Shown: positions 10,311 to 22,600 of the stretch, piece by piece
Numbering within the stretch: position 1 is the stretch's first letter
How the letters are laid out: every line of letters begins with the position of its first letter
Source: Tubulanus polymorphus
Lineage: Eukaryota; Animalia; Nemertea
Direction of reading: 5' to 3'
NCBI RefSeq assembly: GCF_964204645.1
Contig: NC_134034.1
Span: 14,190,010 to 14,254,009, forward strand
Length of the DNA: 64,000 nucleotides
Made by a program: the position numbers and the translations under genes
The notes under the pieces: generated by a model
Databases searched by the model: none
Told to the model about the DNA's origin: nothing
Seen by the model: the letters and a program-made list of their open reading frames with translations, nothing else

Positions 10311-13300
10311 ATGACGTTTAAAATGTTACAAAATAAGGTAAGTGGTCAAATTTCGTCCCTAGTTTCTGAACGTACAACACGCACAGCCATCACAACATTC
10401 AATGCCAGGCCCTAGTTTCACAAAAAAAGTTAAACTCAAATTTTTGGTGTTATTGCCACTGGTTACTTCATGTTTTCAATGAGGACGACAATTCAACCTT
10501 AACCGTTTTAGGCTTCAACTTTTCATGAAACTGGGTCCTGACCTTTGTTTTTTAATGAATATACATATATATTATTGTTTACAGTCAAAGTTCGATTAGC
10601 CAAAGAGTGATTATAATGTTTCCATCGCAGTTGAGCTAAGATTAGGCGTTGTTCTAAGAATACTTATCGGCGTTAAGTGAGCACTGACATTAAAAAGTAA
10701 AGCGTTATAACGAACTTTGGCTGTATGTCTTCGTATGCTCCCGGAAGGAATTCCTTTTATCTGAAAAATGAAAATGAAAAACTCGAACCCGAAACCTACT
10801 GTAGGTAAGGGGCTATGTAAGTGAACCACTGCGCCACAACGCACGGTGAAAACAGCGTTCCATTATGAGACTAGTGGTCAGTGTGACGACCATTAGTGGT
10901 GACCAGACATGGTCTGATGACTGGAACCGTTTCTTCTCACCAATTAGGTCTTGTGCCTAACTGAAAGATTAACAAGATTCGAAAAGAATATATTCAACTT
11001 AAAAATTACTTTTTATGATTTTTGTAGTCGTGTATATTGTCAGTATGTGTGTTAGTGTTGGTGATACTGATACTGCAGGTGCAGCAGTCCTCAGCAGCTG
11101 GTAAATGTGGCTGTACTATGGACCAGTTTACGGCTTCCGCTACCGTCAATTATACATTAGGAGAAAATGGAAAGTATGGAGTTTATCAGAATTGGGTTCG
11201 GTAAGGAGAACATTATCTGAGTATATATTACCAGGTGACGGATGTGGGTCCGAGGGGCGTGATAACAGAAAGTGTACCTGTGACACACGGTACCTGTGAC
11301 ACACGGTACCTGTAACACCGGGTACCTGTGACACACGGTACCTGTAACACACGGTACCTGTGACATAAGGCGGACCCTTCAATCTGTCATTTTATGTAGC
11401 ATATTTTTAAACTGCATAGTTCAACATACTGAAACTCTTAACGTATTTATTGAAAAACACTTAAATAGTATTTTATATCACCTCTTCATCAGTGAAACCA
11501 ATTTACACTTTAAAGGCTCTTGATTTCAAACTAAGGAAGTAATTACATCTATGTATAGGCTGCTTTTACTGCGTGGGTTCGATTCCCAGCCTCGTCACCA
11601 GAAAAAAAAAAACTCCAATCGATCATCTCCAAAAAGGAATTTCTGAGCACCAGAATCCGGTTGCGCAGAGAATATTTACTTACTGTCAAATTTCAACCGA
11701 TATTTGTTGAACCTGAACTACTGTGGAACCTGAACTACTGTGGAACCTGAACTACTGAGGAACCTGATCTACTGTGGAACCTGATCTACTGTGGAACCTG
11801 ATCTACTGTGGAAACCTGACCTACTGTGGAACTTTGGATCGAGATCATTCTGATAATTATGTATAGATATTGATAATTGTTTTCAGATATTCGATTGACA
11901 ACAAAAACAAGAGAATGAGGGAAGATATTCGAACTATTTCCGGTAGAAAATTATCCACTGTCGTCGTCGATTTAAAAAAAGTACGTCATAAAATATGAAT
12001 TCATATGTATGTATATAAACTGATAGAAAAAAATTTCACATTTGGAATTAAAAATGAGATAAGGTTCTCCTTTAGTTGATGGTGTATTTTGACTATATCC
12101 TAATATATACACCATTTAAAAAATTTGAAAACTCAAACTTATTTTAAGTAGAAAAAAAATAATTTAAAAAAAAAGATAATTTTCTGTGATTTCTAGAAAG
12201 TTGGATGGGTGACAATTCCTGGTGTTTTCGATTGCGCTGTATTTGTACCATTGGGTGAGATGGATGACAGATGCTTGTTTCGTAAGTTTCATCTAGTCAT
12301 CTGAATGGTCACCATTATATATCAACTAATGATCATAGTTTCAGAATTTAACGGAATAAAGGTAATTTAGGGTTAAGGGGTTCCGTTAGGCGACGTCACA
12401 CTCTCAAACGAACTAACTGTAGGCCTATCAGTGTGTTTAATGCAGTTACTGTTAATCTCATTAGATTAACGGAACCGCGATAGCCGTAGTACGGATAGAT
12501 ACATAACCAACTAATTAATCCTTTGATAAAAAAATCATTTGTCGATAAAAACGTTGATTCTGGACGCAGGTATAATAGCGCCTGTAATTTGTTCATATCA
12601 TATAATATGGTGTATTTATGTAACTCGAGTGGATAGAACGTGACGTCACTACTATTCGTTTCAGGAAAAGGAGAAGAATTTGCATTGCACGATTTCGATG
12701 TTGAGAAATATGAAGTGAAATTGCCTCATTTCCCCGGAAAACTCATCGCTACATTTGATAAGAAGTCTTGTTATCCGACAGAATTTAAAATCACTTCAGC
12801 CTACACGTATTCGGGAAGTATGTTTAATTCTTTATGTACAATATCACAATTCACACCGAACTCTCAACAACCGCCAAGTGTTTTTTACTGCATTCATTTT
12901 TGTGTTGGGATTTTCTCTCATCTCACGTCATTCGAGATATTGACCAAATCGTGTTGATATAATGTCTGGTTGCAGTTTAGTTTTTGTGTAGATTAAATTG
13001 CATTAGATGCTGTTCGACGGAAAACTACTGAAGTAGTTCACTTAGCGAAGAAATCCTATACTCATTTGAGAGCACTCGAAAAAAGGATGAAACATGTTTT
13101 TCACTATATCCTTGTACTAAATGAATGTTATCGGTTTTTTATCAGATATTAAGATTTCTTGTAATGAGTTGATGAAGGGAGCTTCAATACAATTGAACTA
13201 TTGGATCCAGTTCCGCAGTTGCCGGTTAAAATCAGTTCATTTCCGATGAGTCAAATCTGAACTCACAACCTGTGGAACCGTAGATATTTGAGAAACTACA

Positions 13301-13656
13301 TTGTTCCCTCTCCAAATTCTTCATTTTCAGCTAAAGTAGAAATGCTCGCTAAATTTGATTTCATTTCGCCGTACGTGTACGATGGAGCGTTTGACTCTTT
13401 GTGTGAAGGAGAACCAACTATGGTAATGCAGGTAGGATTTTACTTTCCATATCAAAACGATATTAGAATTTCTCCAATACCAAATGATTTAGTACAAAAT
13501 GAGACAAATTTTCATCCGATTTTGTAAATATTGGCACCTATTTTATATGAAGTAGATTTACAGTTTGAATTAATGTTTTGTTTTCAGACGCCCAGTATAA
13601 ATGGTAAAAGTGCGGCTGATATAGCGCAGGTTATATCGTACTTCAGCCGTCGTTAG
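10311..13656 (+). CDS. Ependymin-related protein (EPDR family), secreted, ~230 aa
   Basis: Seven exons in phase: 10311-10337, 11028-11200, 11887-11980, 12197-12281, 12665-12817, 13331-13431, 13588-13656. Signal peptide, then KCGCTMDQFTA, RYSIDNKNKRMR, VVVDLKKKVGW, DC..CL, SCYPTEF, AFDSLC, matching the ependymin motif pattern. Confidence 0.75.
10409..10537. mobile_element. PIF/Harbinger (Tourist)-like MITE in an EPDR intron
   Basis: TIRs GCCCTAGTTTCACAAAA / TTTTCATGAAACTGGGTC, flanked by CAG and CTG (CWG target). Confidence 0.6.
11274..11365. repeat. 16-bp intronic minisatellite (GGTACCTGTGACACAC)n
   Basis: Five to six tandem units. Confidence 0.85.
11709..11835. repeat. 17-bp minisatellite (AACCTGAWCTACTGTGG)n at the right end of a degenerate MITE
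   Basis: About 7 units; the unit contains CTGTGGAAC, the right TIR core of the MITE at 33401-33506. Confidence 0.8.
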
Positions 13657-14261
13657 ATTCATGAAGATACCAAACACCCAGTGGATTAATATAGGTACTG
13701 GTTATTAAACTAGTTATTGGGCAACGAATGTATCAGAATGCTTCAATGACTGGAGTAAAAAACTATTGTTTTCCTATAATTGAATGGCACTTACCTCGCT
13801 ACTAATGAGTTGCATATGTCCATCTTTGATAGTATTTGTCTATACCGGTACTTACCACAGCAGTCTCAATAACAATGTCGTATAACTATATCATTCACTA
13901 TATATACATCGGTACAACCAGATAATATAGCTTTTATATGTATCTACCTTTAAATAGATTTGAATGTTGTGAATTTGGTACGTCTGATATATGGAAATTA
14001 AATTCCTTCCATTTTTGTCGTAATTCTTATGTGAATTGAGGCCGAGCTACTCGAAGCTTCATTTAAACGAAGGTTTTCACATATTGTAAATAGTAACTTT
14101 CGTTAGTTTAAAATGTCATTTCAAACTAGATATTATGTAACCTTTACAAATGAATCGAAATACATCGAGAATGGTTTGCAAGAAAACGTTTTTGATTTTT
14201 TTTCTTCTTTATGACGGGACTCAGTTCGACATTTCTGACGAAACTGGCTCCAAATTCTTAC

Positions 14262-14958
14262 CGTAACACAGCGAGATATCACAGTATTCTTTGACGACTG
14301 ATCCGTTTAAATCGACCAGGCAGTATAAACCTCTGACGTCACGAGTAGGATTTCTACAATAGTTAGCCGCGTCATATTCGGTCGGGTCTGGGAAATCTGA
14401 GGCGTTAAAATTAGTTGCGGATTGCCAGTTTAAACACTCTTTACCGCTGATAGATTTCCAAGTTCTACCCGTGTAATTACTACCGAGTTCATTCATTCTA
14501 CACTCAATAGCCGGCTCTGAAATATTCAAATAATTCTAAATCAAAATCTAAACAGTGCCCTGAAAATTAAATTCTTTAACAACGAAGTCAATTCTAAGAA
14601 GGAAGAGGTCCGTTTGCTTTTGATCCTTTTACTAAGGATCAACTGATCAGTATTCAGACCTATTCGGATTTAGAGAAGTGAAGGATTGAGAATTGAGATG
14701 ATTTACCGCAGAATGGTATATTACAAGTCTCCCAGTCACGTTCTCCGAGCCCGTAAGCACACCACGGTCCTGTAGAATCTAGATCTGGATTTCTGCAATA
14801 ACTTGTATTCATCGTTTTATCAGAGAACTGATCGGCTTTATAATGTTCTTCGTGTGTTACCCACAATAGACACGTTAAACCGGACATAGTCTTGTTCTGA
14901 TGACCGATATAATTAAACCCTGTTGCAGTTTGACGACAATCCATCGTCACATCGACAT
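14262..14958 (-). CDS. Kringle-domain protein (two kringle exons); N- and C-terminal exons uncertain
   Basis: Exons 14958-14707 and 14516-14262, both phase 1-1: C..G.NY.G....T.SG.TCL.W...YCRNPD.DSTGPWC...C.IPFC and C...GSNYTG...SG.ECLNW...NYCRNP..D.RGLYC...C.ISLC. Confidence 0.85.
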
Positions 14959-16612
14959 CTAAAACCACATAAAGTTGAAAATATCGTTTGTTATTGTTTT
15001 CGTACTAATGACTGGACACTGTCTCAGCTATCACCTTTACTACCACAGCAAGGCTATATTTAGGGGACCAAGGTGCGCGAAGCCCCCTAGTTTTTGCCAA
15101 GTTGATAATATTGCTGTTCATTTTGTTTTAGAATCTATCAATACGCTCAGACGTGAACAATTTGTTTTATTTTCTCGGTGGGAAGAGACTCCCAAACCCC
15201 CCTTAAATGCTTCGTACTTACGGCACTCTATTCTAAATAGGATCCACCCCTGACAACTTCCGTCATCGGGAATAAAGTTATTCAAACATAACTCTGCACT
15301 GGAAGTTACTATGTGTGGTTAGTGATAGATTCTCTGACAGGGAAACACAATTACAGAGAGAGAAAAATCTTATCTGAAGTCGATTAGAACGAATAATAAC
15401 AGGAGGAATATATTTCGCTTGATATTGATTATTGTATAAATTCTGTAGAAAAAACACGTTTTATTTGTGACGAATGTTAATTTATTATCGATTCCATCCT
15501 CATGAATCTATAGATAATAGTTTGGACGCAGTTTATTTCTATGTTTTTTCACTCGTGCGATAATGCATACGAGCAATTCTGCTGTTATTTGTAATATAGT
15601 ATTAAATATTTCATTTGCCGCTTGTCAATACGGTACTGAGGCTGCGATGAGAGTTTTAGCGATAAACTGCGCTTACTGTAGTATGTTTTATTCTTTTAGT
15701 ATAGTTCTGAATTCAATACGTTGATGGATTTCAAAGAGTTTCCCTTAATGAGAAAGTTATAATTGATGATCCTGTCTGATCGAATATCGGATATAGGAAA
15801 TCAGCAAAGCTTTTAAAAGCATACATTTTAACGAGATGATTGTATCCGGGTGATAGTTAGACAGCCGGAAACGTGATAGAAATTTTTTTAAATCTAAAAT
15901 CTGAGTACTAGAAATTACTCGATGAATCTTTAGCCATTCTAAACTTGCAAATATAAATTTCAATGCTGAAATATCAACTTTTTTCATAGAAGTCACTGTG
16001 ACGTCACTGAGAACAACCGACGTCTGAGAAGCACTAATACAATCGATAGGCCTACGGTTTTTTGTAATCTGAAAATGATTAGAATTTAGATAAGTTTATA
16101 AAGATTATAAGACTCTTCACCTGATAAAAATGCTGAAAAGTGCATCAAAACTGCAATGATCCCCGTAATTATCCGCGTCGACATTGACATTTCGCGGGTA
16201 CTCCGGCACCCCAGCAGGTGGAATCAGGACAGTTAATCCTGAATTCTTTTCTGATTTTGTGTGAAACAAAAATGCTTGATTACTTTAAGAAAAACGTTTC
16301 TTTAGATAACGCTGAATTAAAACCACTCGTTCTGAAAACTACGCCGTGCCGAGCGACTGACCGCGGAGTCCGAGATTGAATCGGAGATACCCACAATTTT
16401 TCCATACCGGTAGCAAGTCCAACCTCCAGGTTTTCGTGTGGAAGTCCAGCTTCCAGATATTAGTGTTTGGTCACATGATCACAAAATGGCAGCGCCCATG
16501 AAAATATGAATATTTGCAAATATTTTTCCGATCTAACACAAATAAACTGATTAAAACTAGATAAATAGCTCGAATAATAACAAAAATGTAACGAATCTTT
16601 CTATCGAACACA

Positions 16613-19600
16613 ATGAAAGGAAGTCTATTTATAATACCAGCTCTCGGTGTTTTAGCTATTGCTCATTTTCTGTTGAAATACGCGCGGAAAAAAATCCGAC
16701 AGATACGAGATGAAGCTGCGTTACCTTCAAAAGCGGATTTAATTCCAGCTCTGAGCGGTAAGTCATCAGAAAGTATTCGTAGGGTTTCAACTGATTTGGT
16801 TGTTTGTAATATCATGTTGGATAGTTTGTCTAGCCTAGTCTGAATACAGAATACCAGTTGATTATGGGTTGTTTGGGAAACGGCGGTTAGAAATAGGTAC
16901 TAGACTAGCGCAGGGTGGATGCAGAATGAGAGAATTGAAGTTTTGTATGTCAGCATGTCGTCTGTCCTGCAGGAGTAGCTTAACCTTTGAATGATCCAGG
17001 ACAATGATCTAAACTAATGATTTGTATGTTTTTATTTTGTAGGAGTTGATTTAAATTCACTTGCTGTTTTATCTCAATCGAGTGATATCAATCTCAGACG
17101 ATGCGCTGAACAATTTATTGTTGAAAGATTCACATCGAGAAGTAAAACTTACTGCATAAGTATTCTGAATCAGGGGTGAATCAAGGGCTGATATTGAAGA
17201 ACTGTTCACATCCCAAAAGGGAACTTTCAAGTCCAAAGTTCAATATTAGGGGTACAAGCCAAGCATCGTGCTCAAAGAAAAACATGGTTTCAAAATCCTA
17301 TCAATTCATGATCACTGAAAATAATGATCTATTTAAAAAAACAAATTGATTTTTTTTTCATTGATCTACATTATTCATGGAGATTTAAGTTTAAACATTA
17401 TTTCTAAATCTATTTAATCTCTTAAAAGATTTATCAGCTCCATTCGTACATAAAACTGTACATAATACTGTACATTGCAAGTTTCTATTGTTGGTGAAAT
17501 GAAAAAGGCTTATAAAAAAATTAAATGAACTTATACAAGTATCAGCAGACTAGGTCCCCTGGTTCCACCCCTGTGCATTCAATCATCAATTGAGACCGAA
17601 TTTCAATAAAGATGTTAAGTATATTTTCTGTATGTTTTCAGAAGAGTATCTCGAGGCTCTGTTTACGGAATGTTTAAATGGAGATACGTTGAAAGGTTGC
17701 ACGGTGTTAATCACTATTTTGAGTAATGGATATTGGCCGGTAGGATTCGATACGGTTACTATGGTAACGATGGCTAAAGTTCTCATGCAACATTCGCCTA
17801 AAGAAACCTCGACAAAACAGTTAAGAATTGATCAGTTGGCGACTGAAGGTTTATTCACTAGTTACGCGATGGAGTATAATCCATGTAAGAGAATTCAATA
17901 TGCAAACATTTTATAACTCACAGGATTTTTTATTGTAAAAAGTGACCAGCGATCTTACATCAACATTCTTACAGATCGGGGAAGTCAGCAAATTCCTAAT
18001 TTCATTTTTCCTGCGAGGAAAATCTTGGAATTCAAATTTTTGGAGTTTAGCTGTTCTTGCTGGTGATAAGGGGTTCTAAAAACCTCTTGTAAATAAACAG
18101 CCCTCACTTTGGATTTCTTATAATTCAATCAGGGAATTTTTGGTCGACCGTCAAGGAAGAACCCTGTTGTCAAATTAATTTCGCTATTTTTTCATGCTGA
18201 AAATTTCGCTGTATTTTCAAGGTTTATTCTTTAATCGTCATATGAATATTTGTTACTATTATTATTTTGCAGCTGAGAAGTTGAAGATGTTGGTTCGAGA
18301 AGTTCCTGGAATAGCGTTTCATTTAATCGATAGATTAGAAGTATCTCGTGATAAAGATATATTGCGTTTTAGTTTGTTAATGGTGCATGAATTTATTTCT
18401 CTGGGTTCGTTGAATGATTTTCAGAGTCTGAAGTTAAGTTCGTTCCGCAGTTGTGGCTTGAGTTTGGATCTAGAGCTTGAATTAGTTCATTTTCATCGTT
18501 TAGAGATCAATTTGAATCTAGAACTGTGGAACTGACTCAGTAATAACTTCCTATGAAATCCCAATTATTCTTGTTTACTCTTAATTTTAGAAGAAACAGA
18601 AAAATACATCGTCATTTCTGATGGAGTGAAAATTTTATCCCAAGTATTCAACAGTCAACAGGTACAGAGATGAATTCAGGATCAAGTTTCACAATTTTGA
18701 TACCAAATTAAATTATAATATAAGAGAATTCGACTTTAATTCATTTTCAGAATTGTTAAGACTAAGAGTCAGATCGTGGGGCAGTAGAATTATTGAACTT
18801 GCATCTTAAATATGTCATTTTCATTTTAGGGAGATTCAAATATGCAGAACTTATGTCTTCAATGTCTCATAGAATTGGCTAGTAAATATCCAATTGGTAA
18901 GTCAGTCAGCTAGTCAATCAGTCAGGTAGTCAGTCAGTCAATCAATCAGTCAGCTAGTCAGTCAGTCAATCAATCAGTCAGTACTGTCAATAAATGAACA
19001 TGATGAATAAAATTGATCTGATTTCTTTTCAGAACCAGTTATTTTTGACATGCATCGTCAGTTAATTGCTTGTTTACGCACGACGGATGAAAATGAAAAT
19101 AAACTGCTCATTAAACACGCATTAATGATGCTTTCAAAACTGAAAGGTTTGTAAGTTTTTAGAAAACAGTTATGAGTTATTAGAGTAAACTGAATTACCG
19201 GGTATTCTTACAATATTAGTTCTGATATTGTTTTATGCATTAATAAGTTGATTAGTTTTGAATTGTTTGTAGTTGAGAATCTGTGTAAGATAGCTGAGAT
19301 TCCTGGTATTGTCGGAGCATTCAGCAGAAATTTGTCCGGTCCATTAGATTTACAACAACAAGTATTACAACTTTTATTCAATATCGCCTGTGATTCTGGT
19401 ACGTCACTATTCTATAGATACAAATGAAAACTTCAGTTTTTCTTGTGCGCTGATAAAAACATCTCTAGTTATTGTTTGTTTCATTTCAGTTACATTTAAA
19501 CAACAAATCCTGAATTGTCATGATATAATCAATGTGTTGCCTGTACTGTATCAGAGCAGTGATAAAGAAGTTTGCTCTTATTCTCTGGCTTTAACTCATT

Positions 19601-22600
19601 GTTTACTTTATGATGGTAAGAATCTTATATATTATGAAAGCTCTGTAGTGCTATATTCCAGGGCCAATCTAGGGGTATATTCAGGAGTCCAGACTCGTGC
19701 CTTCCTATTGAGATTTTCCTTTTCTTAAAACCTGCAAATTTGACACTCATCCTTTCAGAAATTGCATGTTTCCAGAGTGTTTCTTTAATAATTTCTAATA
19801 CTAAGTGTGGAATTCAAACTTGAGACCTTCAGAGTGGCTGCTTCACTCGAGGAATGGCTGCCCATTCTTTATTGTACCATTCGGTTGCAGTATTTGATTT
19901 CCCAGTTTGATAGTTTGAGATTTTTTCGATATTTCAGCTGAAAGTTCTGTGGCTTTGAAACTAGTGAATTCTAATGATAAGATAGTATCAAGTCTAAGCT
20001 CATTAACGAATCTACGTGGTGAATTAGCCATACATGGGATGGTTGTTGGAATATTAGCTGTATTCTGCTGTTCCGGTTGGTAAACATAAGCATTTGGCCG
20101 CTGAAAAATCAAAGCTAAGTCATAATGAAATAAAGTGTCATAAACTAATAACAGTGCAAATGATTTCATCTTGTAGAGGAAGCCATTTTGAAAGTGATGA
20201 AACATGCCAAAGCTATTCCCGCAATCATATACTTTGTTAAGTTGTATTCATCCGATAAAGATATCAAGACAAATGGAACAGGAATGTTACTCAATTTAGC
20301 TATGACATCAGGTACGGATAATGAAACATCCCTCGTTCGAGTTTTTATCAGTTCCTGTATCAGTCAGATTAAACTAGTTGATTTATTTTCTATATTTTAT
20401 GACAGATGCGAATAAGAAAGCTATTTTAGAAGCTGGTGGATTGTCAGCATTGTTAGACGTAGCTTGGGAAGATAATGAAATGGAACTCAGTACGATGGCA
20501 GCTAAAACTCTAATCATTCTAGCTCATTCAGGTTGATTATATGAATTAATTGTGTCTAAAATCCACATAAAATATGCGTTAACCATCATTTGAATATTAT
20601 CATCTATCAGTTGATGTATTACTTACTGGTTTGTGTATTGTTTCTATAGGTTTTAGCACTCAAATGAAGGTGGAATTTGCTTCTGATTACGGCACATTAT
20701 CAGTAGCTGGTAATCGTGTGATCGTCACTGAACCAAAGGTAAATACAATCATTATTGTCATAGCTGTGATTATCATTATGTTGAACACTTATTTGCATAT
20801 ACAAATTGGAAATGATGAATGCGATGAATTATGTAATGGCGACTTAACTGAGTTTGATAACTGATGAATTACATCCTCGAGATTATACAGAATTTAACTG
20901 TTATCATTTCAATTAATTGTCTGTTGTTTTATTCGCAGTTTGATGTGATCAGATGGAAATTATCTACGAACAAGTTGAAACACGTTTTACACGCAGTTAA
21001 AATGTCTGATTTAGATGAGTTTATAATTCCTACTGGTCCTACTTTCTATTCTGGTGGAATCGTTTATGTATTTATCGCGACTGGTCAGAAACCGAAATCT
21101 ATCTTATCAGAACTTTTCAATAGAGGTAAGCTCATTAAAAGTGTTCAAACAGTTCCTCAGTCTGTAAAATAGCTTATAAATTCTAATAACTCTTTTACTA
21201 ATTTGTGTTTAAGAATTCAAAGAGTCGTTGATATTTGAAAATGATGAAGGTATTTCTAGTATTGATGAAATAGTCTCAGTGAATGGTAATTGTATATTGA
21301 TTGGTGTAATACAAGGAGGAGCTTTATACATTAAACATCATCAGATCTCTACTGATAATGAAATCAACTTGGAATATAACATTGATTTAGGTAAAAACAA
21401 TAGTTTTATTCTGATAACTTTCTCATTTAAGCTAAGCTTCTGCAGCTCAGAATTTTTGTGCAAGTTGTGATCAGTAAAATCAGGGTCAGGGGAAATTTAT
21501 ATAGTTCATCTATGATTTCTCATATTTTTAGATGATTTAGTGCAGCGAATCACATTGGAAAAATTGACTTCACCAATGATCTCAATTCTTATAGAATCTC
21601 CAGTGAATGCATCCATCAGCAAAATAACAGTAAGAATTCAACCTGCATTTCATTTTCAATCAATTGATTCTAGTCAAATCAGAACTTCAGTAGAACTTAG
21701 TGCAGGGTTAAATAAACGTATGTGTTTATTGTTTGTTCATTAGGAGTTGGAACTATTAGAAGTATTTGCCCATCAGAAGTTACACGCTCAAGCCTTCATG
21801 ATCACTAATGGATGGTTCGGACATATCAGATATATGATTCTGTAAGTTATTACTATAACTACCCTTGCCATATATATTTATATATCTGTGATGTAGTGAA
21901 TTTTATTGTATTAATTTCAGACATGTTTCCGATGGTTTAGACAAACAACAGGAAATTGAACCACTTGGATATTTACACTGTTTGGCAGCTGTGAAACTGT
22001 TGGCAATATTAGCGGTTCCACACGGTATCACCACCTCTCTTCTCTATATTTTCTCTGTTAAATCATCCCCTAATTATCCATGTTTTTCTGGTTTTTTCAG
22101 ACGCCGTTGTTTTGAATTTTCATGAGTTTTTGCCTCTTTTGTTGAGTCTTCAAAACGCGATCACGAATCTTTGGATTAAAGATATGATTGACACATCCAC
22201 TGATCTTCAGAAACATGGTTAGTTTGAACCATACAGCGAAGTATGTAAACGTATCTGTTATTTCTGACTTCAATCGAGAAATTACAATTATCTTTATTTC
22301 AGTGATAAAAAAGTACAATGAAATCCTACAGAACATTGCTCGTGTTTCACTACTGGTTATATACAGAGCGTGTCACTCTACTAAAATGTTAAACTCCATA
22401 CAAACAGTTTATAGTAGCTGGTCTCTGTTATTATCATCAGGAAATATTTCCTCTTGGTTCGAGGTAAGTAAAAATGATCATGTTTCCATTAAGTATTTAT
22501 TTAGTGTTTCATGTTTTGATTTATATTTGTACGTAGGTTGTATGTGGATATATACTCAATACTCTTTCCTGCTGCGACAATAAAGAAGTTATCAATTCTG

